A stretch of DNA of 64,000 nt from the human T2T-CHM13v2.0 reference genome, Homo sapiens, in the NCBI RefSeq assembly GCF_009914755.1, contig NC_060927.1. The stretch is one strand, 5' to 3'. Numbering within the stretch: position 1 is the first letter of the stretch; the number at the start of each line of letters is the position of its first letter. Below the pieces are notes generated by a model. That model was not told the DNA's origin. It saw nothing but the letters and a program-made list of their open reading frames with translations, and made no database searches. This document shows, in pieces, positions 14,842-30,050 of the stretch. A program made the position numbers and the translations under genes.

Positions 14842-15399
14842 ATCTTGATGATGTAAGATGTAAATTAGAACTGAGAGACCTGACTGAAGGTATCTGACCA
14901 TATGATAATTTTCATTTATGGCCATTTGTTCCAGGGTTTTAAGGAATACAATGAGCTATTTTAGGAATTCTAAGAATTATAATTGGGACTGTAAGAAGTG
15001 AGGAAAGTGTGGGTTCATAGTTTAATGCAAAGAGGTAAAGCAGGCTGAATGTGAGTTGACTATATGCCTAGTCGGTGTGATGAGTCAAGAAAAATGTTTA
15101 GTACTGTAATTTAATAGAACTCAGCTCTTGCTAATTTCTATATGTGACCCTAGAAATGTTGGGCAGAAAATAATTAAATATTTATCTTTGATGGTTTGGC
15201 AAGACATGTTTTATAGTGAAAAATGGAAAACCTCATGAAGAAAGGACTATTTTACAGAACACTGTAGCATTCTATGTAGCTTCTGTCTCAAGCCTATTCC
15301 TTTACTACCTAAAACTAGAGAAATTCATGAATCAGTTTCCCATTGTTATAATAAAAATGTTATTTTTTGGCTTATTTATTTATTTTTAGTCACATTTTA

Positions 15400-15902
15400 C
15401 TTTATATTGAGTAAACACCTGCTATTTTCAGTGTGGAATTGCTCCTCTATCATGAGCATAGTTGTGGTGAGTGTCTCAACCACAATGGCTGATCACTTCC
15501 TGAAAGAAAACATGGCTCAATTTTGTCCAATCAGATTATGTTTATGATATTTTTAATATTTGTTCTATGGACATTGGCATAGAGTTCTCTATTACTTTGT
15601 ATTTTAACCTTTAAGGATTCCGTAAGGCAGATGGTAGTATGCTTGTCTGTCTTGTGTGCAGGTGCAGAGAGCCTGGCCACACAGCAAGAAGGAATAAAGT
15701 GAACAAGCAAAGAAATGCAAAGGTAAGAGGACTCTGAAAGAAAAAAAGTCTCGTGACTTTTTCAAGCACCTAGATCTAGCCATATCTGAAGCTAGTTTTT
15801 TCTTGCTATCTGGTAAGATGAGTCAACAAAATTCCATTTTTGCTTCATCTAGTTTGCACTAGGTTTCTATCACTTGCAGAGGAAAGAGATCTGGTGATTA
15901 CA
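15400..15902 (+). mobile_element. Old MaLR LTR (MLT1J/K-like), highly diverged
   Basis: 3' terminus resembles MLT1 (ttttgctt...ggtttctatcacttgca...taca). Confidence 0.45.
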
Positions 15903-16136
15903 GTGAATATTCTCATTGAGCAAATGTGGACAAGAAATTAGAAATGCAAAGAGACAGCAAAGTGACAGATATACAGATAAAAGACAAACAGGTACAACAA
16001 GGAGGGGGCAGAAATCCCCTTGAATTTTAATGCAGGAATAATGAACAAATAAAGAGGGAGTGTATGGGTTATCTTGCAAGTTTGTTCTTCAAGGACAAAC
16101 AAGGCATCAGAGAAAAATGACCTCATAGCAGATTGA

Positions 16137-16524
<388 letters not shown>

Positions 16525-17134
16525 CACTCTATCTTTCTCTTAACCTCTTAGTTTTGCTTGCTTCTAAATTGGCTTCATCCTCAGGAAATGTCTTTTCATA
16601 CTATGGCAAAGAAGACTATTGTCAGCCTGGGGTTAACATCATTACAAGTCATGAATGCAATGACAAGCGTTACCTCTCTTCCCTACATGAGTCTGATTGA
16701 CTCTGCTGTAGTCTTAAGTCTACTTCTGAACCAATCATTGTATCTAAGAGGATGTGCTTCAGTCACGTCCATGAGCTACATCTGCATCTAGGTGCTGGAA
16801 CTCAGACTGTCAGATCCAACAAGATCAGGAGAAGTAAGATGGGGAGAGTTACTCAAAGGAAAAAAGGCCATGTAACCAACATTATTTACTATTATTATTT
16901 TTTGTCTTCATTAACATTACTGCAAATGTCCTTCAATCTCCTAACAAATACTCAGTGGAACATGTATGTTGTTGGTGACATCTATGCTAACTGTCAAAGA
17001 GTAAGTATTGGTATGACCACTGTTGGGTTAGGATGAAAATCAAGAGGACACATTAGTGTAGAATTCTGTGTAACTATGTAGGTACCTTTTAACAAAATGT
17101 ACAAAGGTCTAGATATGCATAAATGCCATCTATG

Positions 17135-17350
17135 ATTTATTGAGCATTTATTATGTGCCAGTAATTGTGTTAACTAAACACTTTAATTTAATTATCTTAT
17201 TTAATCCTCCCAAACGTGGTAAGGAAAATATTACTGTCCTTCCCAAATTGGAAATAATGTTCAGTAAAGTAATTTATAAAAACAAGCAAGTGGCAGAGAT
17301 TGGACTGAAACACAGGAAGTGTAAAATCAAAACTTGAATATTTAATATGC
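17135..17350 (-). mobile_element. MIR
   Basis: tttattgagcatttattatgtgccag ... aagtggcagagattgg core. Confidence 0.65.
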
Positions 17351-17358
17351 TTTCCACT

Positions 17359-17458
17359 TAGGGTGACCTATACTTTATCTTCCTATCCTTAAATGGTTAT
17401 TAACAGCATCCACTTTAAAACATGCCCAGGTTTGGACAATAATTATATGATTACCCTA
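17359..17458. mobile_element. MER81/MER94-like hAT-Blackjack MITE
   Basis: Terminal inverted repeats tagggtgacc...tgattaccct a. Confidence 0.6.
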
Positions 17459-17529
17459 ATACTGCCTCTTCCATATACATATATGAATTTGCAGATGTTT
17501 TACATATGTCTATTCAAGGCAATTTTAAT

Positions 17530-18600
<1,071 letters not shown>

Positions 18601-18860
18601 TCTTTTGATTTCATGAAGTCTCGAAAGAATCCATTTAGTTATAATTGAGTCATAAATGCCCAAACTCTGTCAGGTATATCACACATTTTGAGTTTCTCTG
18701 GAAATAAGTATTCTGGTTGTTAACTGCTTGATTCTATTGGGTTACCTTTAACAGATTGGTTGTTTCTGCATCTATTTTTCCTGACTGGATTAACTAGGAA
18801 ATGCAGCTCTACCATCCCAGGGACTTTAAACTTTGTCCCATGTGTAAAAACTTGAGGGTG

Positions 18861-19015
18861 GGCCAGGTGCAGTGACTTATGCCTGTAATCCCAGCACTGT
18901 GGGAAGCTCAGGTGGGAGGGTTGCTTGAGGTCAGGCATTCGAGCCCAGTGTGGGCAACATAGACAGACACCATCTCTTTAAAAAATTAAAAGAAATAAAA
19001 AAAAGAAAAGAAAAA
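18861..19015 (+). mobile_element. FLAM-type Alu monomer
   Basis: Single left-arm monomer with an A-rich tail. Confidence 0.85.
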
Positions 19016-20550
19016 TCAATTGATGATAAGCAAAAGTTTAACTCTACTCTCAAAAAAAAAAAAAGATTAACCAAAGATGTCACAGGAACCAATAGCTTAC
19101 CTCATAACTGCTGAGTGTGTGACAAGATGTGAAGAAGCTGGCATGACTTTGGCAAATATGGCATAGAGCAAGCTATTTGGGATAAAATTATGGAATGTTA
19201 CCTTCTAAAGAGTAAGGAAAGCAAGAGAATCAAATGGTATTTTATATTCAAAGATTTCTGAGGTGTGCTCTTTACTTCAGCCACTCAAGTAGGAGCAAGA
19301 CATATATGATCCTAACTTCCTAAGTAAGACTTTGTCAATGTTGGAAAGAGATTTCTATAGCAGTTTTTATCAATGCCTTCTTGCAAGTTGTAGTTATAAC
19401 ATTAATCACTGTTAGATTTATGGGAAAATAATGTGTTTTACAAGAAGCAACACAAATATAAGTATAAAAGCTCATGAGGAGACATTATACAAGTTTATAT
19501 TTTATCAATAGTTATAGAATCATGGCATGTAATTAGAGCTGAAATAAATGGTAAAACTCAGAGAGAAAAATTCCTTTAGTTTATAAATGAGAGAAATGTA
19601 TAAGACTACAAGATTTTTTTAGCCATTTATATCAATTTTATTGAGGTATAATTTAGATAAAAATGCACATGTTAAAAATATGGGTTGATGAGTTTATAAT
19701 ATATAAAGTAAACGTAAAACTTTATATCATAACAACTACCACAAACAAGGTACAGAATAATTCCTATAGAGGTGTCTTATACCCTTATTTACTCAATCCA
19801 CTTCTTAACCCCAGACCTGGACTGATAAGCTATTACTTAACATTAATTTTGACTTTTGTAATATTTCATATAAAAGGTGTCATATGACACATACTTTTTT
19901 GTCTGTGTTCTTTTACTTGCTATAACATTTTTGAGATTTACCTATGTTGTGTGTATCAACAGTTTGTTCCTTTCTTATAGCTGAGTAATATTCCATTGTA
20001 AGGATATAACACAATGTGTTTGTACTGTTGATGGCCATTTCGTTGTTTCCATTTTGTGGCTATTTTGAATAACATTGCTATAAGCATTCAAATGGAAACC
20101 TGTGTTGACACACATTTTTATGTCCTTGAGTAAAAGCAAAAATGTTGAGTTGCATAGCAAGTGTGTGTTTAGCCTTATAAGAAACTGATAAAAGGTTTTC
20201 TGAAGCGGTAATACCCTTTTACATTCTGACTAGTAGTATATAAAACTACCATTGCTTCCAAGTCCTGGCCAACTCTTGGGATGCTGAGTCTTTTTTTCTA
20301 GATTTTGCTATTCTAACTGGTAGTGGTATCTCTTCATGGTTTTAATTTGCTTATCCCTGATAACTAATGATGTTGAACATCTTTTTGTGTGCCTATTATC
20401 ATCTGCATAGTAAACATAAACATTCTTTTTCTCTGCATGTGTGCCTGTGTGTGTATTATATAACTTAACTGTACACAATAATGAACAAATATATGTTTTG
20501 TGAAATGTTCTCCATTCCTGCTGTCCTCTCTTCTATTTTTTTCTAAGAGT

Positions 20551-20648
20551 CTTGAGGATGGGCCAGGTGCAGTGACTTACGCCTGTAATTCCAGCACTGT
20601 GGGAGGCCCAGGTGGGAGGATTGCTTGAGGTCAAGTATTCGAGTCCAG
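20551..20648 (+). repeat. 98-bp local copy of 18851-18948 (Alu-monomer 5' part plus its flank)
   Basis: 89/98 identical by manual alignment, including 10 bp of non-Alu flank; no tail and no TSD. Confidence 0.85.
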
Positions 20649-21074
20649 GATTGATATTTTTTCCTTAAATGTTTGATGAAATTTATCCAGACCTGAAATT
20701 TTCTTTGTGGAAACAATATATATATTTATAATTTTATTTATCTTATTTTAAACAGTTTTGTTGAGATCTATTTCACTTATCATAAGCCCATTCATTTAAA
20801 CAGTACAATTTAATAATTTTTACTAATGTTACCAAGTTGTGAAACCATCACCATAGTTAGTTTTAGAACATTTTCATTTCCCTCATAAGATCTCTCATGC
20901 CCATTTACAGTTAATTCTAATTCCTGCCACCAGCCCCAGGCAACAGTGGGAAAAGGTTTGTCTCTTTAATGTACTTTATGATTACAAACAGTGGGTTTGT
21001 AATTAAGAGACATAAACATTTTCAGATCTGGGTTTTTTTTGGTGGTGGTTTTAGTAAATTGTGCCTTTTAATAA

Positions 21075-21424
<350 letters not shown>

Positions 21425-22219
21425 TTCTTATCTTTTTAATAAGTATAGGGTCTAGAGTGATGTCCACTCATTTTATATCGGTCATTTCTGTCTTCTCTCT
21501 TTTCTTAATATGTCCAGCTATACATTGTCACTTTTACTAGTCTTTTCAAATAACAGCTTTGGTATTATTGATTTTTTTCTCAATTTTTACACGTTTTCTC
21601 TTATTGAGTTATGCTTTTTATTATTTATTTTTCCTACTTTGGGTTAAATTCATTATATTTTTCTAGTTCTTAATGCACAGGTTAGATCATTAAATTTAAA
21701 TATGTTTTTCTAATATAAGGATTGAAGCTTTCAATATCTTCCCAAGACCTACATTAGACTACACACTACAAATTTCAACAGGTTGCTTTTGTTGTCAGTC
21801 ATTTCAAATATTTCCTAGTATTTTTTTAATAAATAAATTTTTTGTTTAAACGGTATGTTATTTGAAAGTGTACTGTTTAATGTTTAAATGCAAGGTGATT
21901 TTCAGACATTTCGTTATTTTTAATTTAATGTTCTCATGTCAAAATAAGTTCAATATATTTTAATGTATTCAGACTTATTTTATGGAATACTATGGAGTCT
22001 ATTTTGATCAGTGCTCCATGTGTCTTCAAGTTCTTTGATGTTTTCTTTTGCAGTGTGCAACTGCTATTACATACAGGCAATGAATTTCAGATATTTTATT
22101 TCCCATATTGTATTTTTCAGCTCTAGACATTCTAATTGGTTCTTTTTTGTGTTTTCCACTTTTCTCCCCATTATGCTCATGTTTTCCTCAAATTCTTGAG
22201 AATATTTACATTAGCCGTT

Positions 22220-22507
22220 TATATTAGTTTTAGTGGCTTAAAACAACAGTCATTTATCTTACCGTTCTGTAGGTTGAACTACAGAGTGAAATCTCTCTCA
22301 TGCTTCGAATTTCTCTGACTTCCTCTTTTGCAACCAACCAAAGGAAAGCCTCTACATTTAAAGGATTCATGTGATTAGGTTAGGCTTATCTGGATAATCT
22401 CTCTATCTAAGTCAATTGATTAATAACCTTAATTATGTCTGCACAAGCCCTATTGTCATGTAATATAATAGAACCATTGGGGTTATTTTAGTATTCTGTC
22501 TACCTTG
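22220..22507 (-). mobile_element. MLT1E-like MaLR LTR, internally deleted
   Basis: Motifs agtggcttaaaacaac, gtgattaggttaggc and ttctgtctacc. Confidence 0.6.
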
Positions 22508-24387
22508 CTGTTTTATTATATTTGTCTGCTCATTCGAAAATATGTAATTCCAAAATCTGTTATTTTTCTCCTGCATTTTACATGCCTTATAATTTTCACT
22601 GGATTCTGCACAATGTAAATGTAACAGGGTTAAGTGTCAGTATTTCACTGTCTACTTTTAACAATTGTTAAATTTTGTTTTAGCAGGCTTAAGTTACTTG
22701 CAGATCAGCGTGAAGCTTTCCAGACTTGTTTCTAAGATGTTTTAGGGTAGGTGTTTAGCCCTACTATTAAAGTATAATCTTTCTAGAGACTCCACTAAAT
22801 GCTCTGAGGGTTCAACAAGGGCTCTGCAAATGTCTCCTGGTCAGCCAGGGTCAGAGCGCAAATGTCTCCTTGCACTGCATGAACTCTGATGCCCTTCCCA
22901 AATAGTTGTTATTTTCCTGATGTCCCAGATCCTCATCCTATGTTTTCACAGTTTAGTTGTTCAGATAAACTTCAAGGGAACCTCATACAGGTTTCTGGTC
23001 CTCTTTTTGTGTAGCCTTCATCTTGCGTATCTTGTGTGTAGCCTTCATCAAGATGCAGGTGACAGCCTCCTTAACCTCTCTGAACTCTGATCTCTATCTC
23101 CTCAAATTTATCAATCTATCATGGTCAGCTTGGGTCTGAATAGTGGCACGAAGCAGAAAGTCATGACATTCATAGAGCTCTCCTAATTTGTTCCCCTTCT
23201 TTGGGAATCATGGTCTGGAGCTGCTAATTACCCAATGGCTTAAACAAGTTCTTTCATATATTCTGTCTGATTTTCTAATGATTGGGAGTAAGTGAGAGGG
23301 GAAGTCTGGGACCAATTAGTTCATCATGAGGAAGCAAAAATTCTCAATCGAGGTTGATTGGCTGAATGAATGTGCACAAGAGCTTACCTTCTACCATCTC
23401 CCACAGAAATGAGGCTAGATCTCAATTTTTATGGTTTATAAATACCTTGTTTTTTTTTTCTTTTTGTGGGGATCTGAGGGACTGAACAAAGTCATAAAAT
23501 AAAGAACTGGTATGGCTAAGATACTAGCATCAACTTGTCTTACACAATTTCTATGGAGAAAGGATAATGAGAAATGGGCCAAAATCACAAAGAATCAAAA
23601 CTTGTAAGGAACATACATGAATAACTAAAGAAATATTGTTTGACTCTTAAATGAGGTGACTATTAAACAATATAGTAGACGGTCTCATAAGACATATTAA
23701 AACATATTAAGACATTTCCCAGAGGGAATCACCCAATATTTTGAACATTTTAGAAATAGATCTATAATATCCAAGTTGACTACACTGAAAGACACAAAGC
23801 TTATTTGGATGGCCAAGTTTTGGTATTGTGAAAATAGCGTTATTGTACTCAGTTAATATTTACTGAATTAAGTAATAACCAGAAAGGAAAACATACCCTC
23901 AACTCACTTCAAGCAAGGCACTGAACTTGAGCTCGATGCAGGTAGGCTTTGAACTTGGCAGTTTCAGGGTTTTAGGGGTGGTTGACAGTAGCATCTCAAT
24001 AAGCTACAACAGGACGTCACACAGAGAGAGGGTCCTAACAAAGCAAAGCAGCTTGTCCAGGACCTTAAGATACAGTAGAGGTATTCATAGCATATGCAGG
24101 TCTAGAAGACAGATAGAGAACAGACATTCTCTACCTCTTATATGGACCATACATATGACTGTGGGAAGAGGGAAAAAAAAAAAAACAGCAATCGAACAAG
24201 CGGGTACCAATGGTTCACTAGACATGCCCTGAAGGTGCCTTCCCAAAGAGTAAAAATTCAGGAACCCCCTGCTGATATAAATCAGCATCTACTGATACAC
24301 AGACAAGCAATAGAGTACAGTAGTTAAAAGCATGTCTGGGGAACACAGACACAAGTGTGCTCTGCTTCTGTATCCACAAGCTAGGAA

Positions 24388-24670
24388 GCACAGTGACTGA
24401 AGCACAGACCTTGGAGACAGATTTTCTGGGTTCAAATCTAAGCTCTGGCACTTATTATATTGATGAGATTGGCAACATTTTTAATAACTCTGCAGCTCAA
24501 TTTCTTTATCTGAAAAATAGAGGTAATTATAAAAGTACTTACCTTATATATTTGGGGAATTAAATAAATTCCTAATTTACTATGAAGATTAAATATATCA
24601 GCATGTGTATGTCATTGGAACAGTACCTGGATCAAAGAAACTACCAGAAAAGTGTTATTTACCATCATTA
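24388..24670 (+). mobile_element. MIR
   Basis: ctgggttcaaatct...ctcaatttctttatctgaaaaat core. Confidence 0.7.
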
Positions 24671-25033
24671 TTTCTGTTTAAATTAGAATAATGTCAATAA
24701 TAGCAAACATGTTCATAGATTCATTGCAGAGATTAAATGATGCATTGCATATAAACTGCCCATTTCAGTGCCTAACACAGAGTAGGTCTCCAATAAACAG
24801 AATAAGCCTCACACATTGGTCAGAGTTGATTCAAGAAATACATGAGGTTCAACCAGCATATTCAAATGCCTCCATTGCCCATAGATAAGCAGGTCTTTAG
24901 AATGCAAGGGCGATGTGGTTTGATTCTTACAATAAAGCGAACTGTACTACTTTACAATTACTACTAGCCCTAAATAGGCAAAATATCATATCCCACATAT
25001 CTAACACACATATAAAAATCTATACTATTGCTG

Positions 25034-25150
25034 CCCCTCCCCTCCCCTCCCTTCCCATCCCCTCCCCTCCCCTCCCTTCCCATCCCCTCCCCTCTCCTCC
25101 CCTCCCCTCCCCTCCCCTCTCCTCTCCTCTCCTCTCCTCTCCTCCTCTCT
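25034..25150. repeat. (CCCCT)n/(CTCCT)n polypyrimidine microsatellite
   Basis: Pentamer array forming the tail of the adjacent antisense Alu arm. Confidence 0.9.
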
Positions 25151-25323
25151 TTTCTTTTCACAGGGTCCGGCTCTTTCTCCCAGGTTGGAGTGCAGTGGCA
25201 CAATCATGGCTCACTGAAACCTCTGCCTCCAGGGCTCAAGCCATCCTCCTACTTCAGCATCTCAAGTAGCTGGAGCTAAAGACACATGCCACTACATCAG
25301 GCTAATTTTTGTATTTTTTTGTA
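25151..25323 (-). mobile_element. 5'-truncated AluJ (right arm)
   Basis: cccaggttggagtgcagtggcacaatcatggctcactg ... ctaatttttgtatt. Confidence 0.85.
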
Positions 25324-25705
25324 GTATTGCTACGTTTCTTATCATGAGCTGAACATGACAAAGTGTATTTTTAAGACAATTTAAAAGTCCATCAGTTATA
25401 CTCAATCCTTTTTAAGTTTTAATTTTACTTCCCATTCAACTGGTCATTTAAAGCCAGTGTAACGTGGAGTTTGATAGTATATCCTCAAGGTCTAGAGTCA
25501 AATCAAGAACTGACTCCAGGGCTACTACGCTTTTATGTCGTAGAGTTCTAAACTTTCCATAGTTCATTCTCAGAGGAGTATAAGAATCAGTAGCTAAGAA
25601 TTAATAGCTGCTTATCTTGAAGCAGTAACCATCTAAATTAGTACCCTCAATTTTGAGAGACTGGACTCACACTAGCTTAAACAGAGCATAAAATATATTG
25701 GGTGA

Positions 25706-26185
<480 letters not shown>

Positions 26186-27284
26186 TAGAAGCACCGGGTC
26201 TCTATCTTCATATATATTTAGCTAGGAGGAGTACATCTGACTTCCAGTATTCATACATAAAATTTCAAGTTCTTTATCTATCTTTGGACTCATCAGCTCC
26301 ACCAGGGGAAGAAAGAGCTCAGTTCAGCCAACCCTAGATGTGTGCCTGTATCTGAGTTTGGGTAGATGGAGCGTTAGGATCCATCTCAACTCCTGAAAAA
26401 GGAGAAGGGTGCTTTCCCAAAGGAATGGCTGATGATGTTACCAAAAGAAGGGAAGGGACATTCCGTGCTCTACACGTCTAAGGGGCACTGTAGGGAGACT
26501 GAAAGGATTATAGGGGTAGGGTGAGGTACAAGACCTTCTGGACGGGCCTAAAGCAGAGAACAGTTTTTGCCTATTAAGTCAAAGCCATTTTGTTTTCTGA
26601 GTCACAGCTCTGGAAGGAACAATTGGTTTTTTTAAATTGTAGTACAAAATATGATGGAGAGAGATTTGTACCTGGAGAATCACTTACTGTATGAGTGACT
26701 TGCCCCAAAGCTGTTGTTTCATATACCTACCCAAAGGGCAGGACAAAACAGTCCTGCCTGTGTACTGAGAGAAGAAAAGAGTGGAAACATTGAGACCTCA
26801 GAAGAAAGAAAACTGGGGAGTGAGTTTCCTTTGGTCCTTAGGTGAGACTCTCCTTGTGGCTACCCAGACACTGCATCCAAAGGGCAATGAGATCTGAGGG
26901 ATGTAACAAGTAAGGTCTTTCTGAATTGAGTGCAATCGATGAGACAGAGCACTCATAGAGCATCTGGAGTCCAGACTTAAGATATGTAAGCTTCAAGGCA
27001 ACAAGATGGTAAGGAAGATAAACTAAAGAAGCAGTAACAAATGGCAGCATATTGATTAAACTATACTTTTTACCTTCCTAGGCCTCCACTTTCGGATCTA
27101 TAAAATAACATTAATAATAATGATATATATCAAATGAGGTTATCTTGAGAATTGATATCTATTGTGCCTGGTACCTAGTAACCAAGTGAAAAATATAAGC
27201 TCTTGGTAATATTCATTATTCATATAAAATGTACATTAATATAAATATATTCATATACTATTTATTAATAATAATATAAATACT

Positions 27285-27700
27285 TTTAGTAATGCCTAAA
27301 TACATTTGGCTGCAAGTAACAGAAAACACAGCTAATACTTACCTATGCAATGAGCAGATTTCTTGGCTTATGTAACTGGAAATCAAAAGAGGAAGCATTG
27401 GGGATAATTTGATCTAGTGGTACAGGGAACCTCTGTGTATTGAACTCATCTTCAGGCAGCTAGCGAAAGAACTACAATAATCCTGGGTCTCATATCTACG
27501 CAGAATCATGCCAGATGCAAGAAGTGCTTTCAGAAACCCCCATCAAACCTTTCCCTAGATGTCACTGCCTTGAATTCCTGAGTGAACTAATAGAAAGGAA
27601 GATAGGATTACCAGTAGGGATCAATTTCAATCCACCCATTGCAGGCTCTGTGGAGTGAATTTCTCTGCACAATACCAAGGTTTCTTAACAAAATGGGATC
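27285..27700 (-). mobile_element. Old MaLR LTR (MLT1K/L-like)
   Basis: ttggctgcaagtaacagaaaac terminal motif; heavily diverged. Confidence 0.45.
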
Positions 27701-28102
27701 AGAAAATGGATGAATGGATGCTAGTTAAGTGACGAAAGTTGTCTATTACAAATAGATAAAGCAAAAAAGTATAACAGACAAAAATGGAATATTCTCTCTC
27801 CAAGATAAAGTGAACACCCATTCAAAAGTACAATAAAATGTGAGATTGTATTTTGAAATGCAGAAGATATTGAAGAGTAGAACATCTTCCAGCAGCAGAA
27901 CAACAAAGAAAATAAGTAAAATTAAGATGATCAAGAAAACAAAAGAATATGAAGTAAGACTGAGACCTTTAGTTAGTTATTTTTTACTAACCCCAGAGTG
28001 AGGACAGATTGATTACTAAATAGAATCAAGCCTGTGAATACATTTTATAGCTTACAATCTTTGTGCCTAAAACTAGGTTCCCCTCCAATTAAACCTGACA
28101 TT

Positions 28103-28510
28103 TTCTAACCTTAAAGAACCTGGCCCAGTTTTACATAAACCTGTCTTAAACAGAGATTTCTGTCCATATAATCTCAGAAAACCAAACAAAACGAATACCG
28201 TGTTCCTTATCAAGTGCCACATCCTATGCCATGGTTAAAGGTATAAAGATGAATTATAAATCATATGTAATAGATGTGTAGTGATTTTGCAAGCTCAGCA
28301 TCACTTTCCAGTTCGTCTGGTAACAGACTTCTCTTTCCATGTAGTTTAAGTGGTGCTGGTGCCTGGCTAGAAAAATAGGTCTATGCTTCCTAGCTCCTCT
28401 AACCAGCCTACGGGCATGGCCACAGTTATTAATTCCTAAGTGAGCATTTGACTCAGGAAGGACCAATCAAAGCTTTACCTGCGAGTTAATCAGGTTCTTT
28501 AAGGTTAGAA
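28103..28510. repeat. Perfect 20-bp inverted repeat with a 368-bp spacer
   Basis: ttctaaccttaaagaacctg (28103-28122) is the exact reverse complement of caggttctttaaggttagaa (28491-28510). Confidence 0.95.
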
Positions 28511-30017
28511 TATTTTAGTCCTGCACATTTTTTAAAAAAGAAAATCACTTCAAAATTTACTAATTATCTTTAAGTTCCAGAAACTGTCTATAGCGACTAA
28601 GAGGAAAATGATTTATCTGTCAACATTTCTGCTCTGCCCACTTTAAGTTTTGGTCACTGTCAAATAAAGCAGTAGAGAATGGCAAAACCAGTTCTGTGTC
28701 ATTCAACACATGAGTGCTTCTTAGGCACAAAACATTATTTGAAACATGGTCCCGGATAAAAAGATAAATAATACCCAGCCCTTACCCTCAAGGATCTTAC
28801 AACTTGGCAAGGGAAATAAGACATGCACACAGATGACAGCAATAAAGGAAAGATAATGATTGCTACCAGATGTTTGGGGAGAAGGAGCAGAGCAAAGAGA
28901 GAACGCAGAATAAGGCAGCATTCAACAGTCAGCCAAGAAATATTTATTGAGCAATCATTGGGTGGGAAATGAAAATGGAAGCACAGAGCATGAGCCGAGA
29001 CATGTGCAGGTGAAAAATCAAATGACATTACTTGTTACTCCAACTCTCCAAATATTTTTGTCACCAAGTTTGTAATAAATAGCCTGAAATTAAAAATGAA
29101 ATAAGGATATAGTAGTCTCTGTCAAAGACAGCCTGAGGTGCTAATGCTTAAACACTAGGATCATAGTATGAGTGTTCCTAAGTATGCCTCTCTATTGCTT
29201 TATTTATATCTTCTTCCAAATGAGTTGATGCTGCCCTAACAGAATATCTGTTCAGCTATTTCACCTTTTTGGTCTTGTGTATTAGAACAGGTGAATTAGA
29301 AGAGGATTCTTTTGGCTTCAAACAGAAAGAAAGTGCTATATAATTTAAAAAGTTCAGAGGCAATTCTTCAAGCATGTTTGGATCCAGGAATGCAAATGTT
29401 TTAATTAAGCCTCAATCTCTCTCTCATTCTTTATCTTTCTCTATCTCCATGTATTTATCTTACTTTGGGGTTCATATATCTCCCTGTTCTTGTGGAAGCC
29501 CCTGGCACAGCTTCAGGCTTATATTCTCATAGCTCCACAACTTGCAGGAAGGAGCAGGTACCATCATGGCATATGGTCATTCAACTTGTGCATTTGTGTA
29601 GCAAGGCATTGAGTCTGAAGGTGATTCATAGGCACATTGCGCACAGAGTAGATTTGTATATTAATTACAGCACTGTTTTCTGGAAGCTGACTAGAAAATA
29701 TCTTGTTTTGACAAAATCAGAATAGCACAACAATTTTCCAAAAAAGAAACAAAGTATTTTGTGGAAGGGGCCCCTTTGTATCTGACTTATACAGAGATGG
29801 CCTATGTGGTAGTGATAACCCTATGTCTCCATCCTGGCTGCCCCAGCGAAAGTCCAGGGATTATCCCTGAATGGCTCTGGTTGGACTTTCTGCCCAACCT
29901 GGAATAGCACTACAGCCAGAAGGATCTGATGTTCTGATTAGCCAAGACTTGATCACAGGCAGTGGGATCAGTTCTCCTGAAACCATGAACATTGAAACAA
30001 GTAAGAGGGGCATATCC

Positions 30018-30045
<28 letters not shown>
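30018..30045 (+). repeat. Poly(A)28 tract
   Basis: Uninterrupted A run with no recognisable SINE or LINE body attached. Confidence 0.9.
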
Positions 30046-30050
<5 letters not shown>

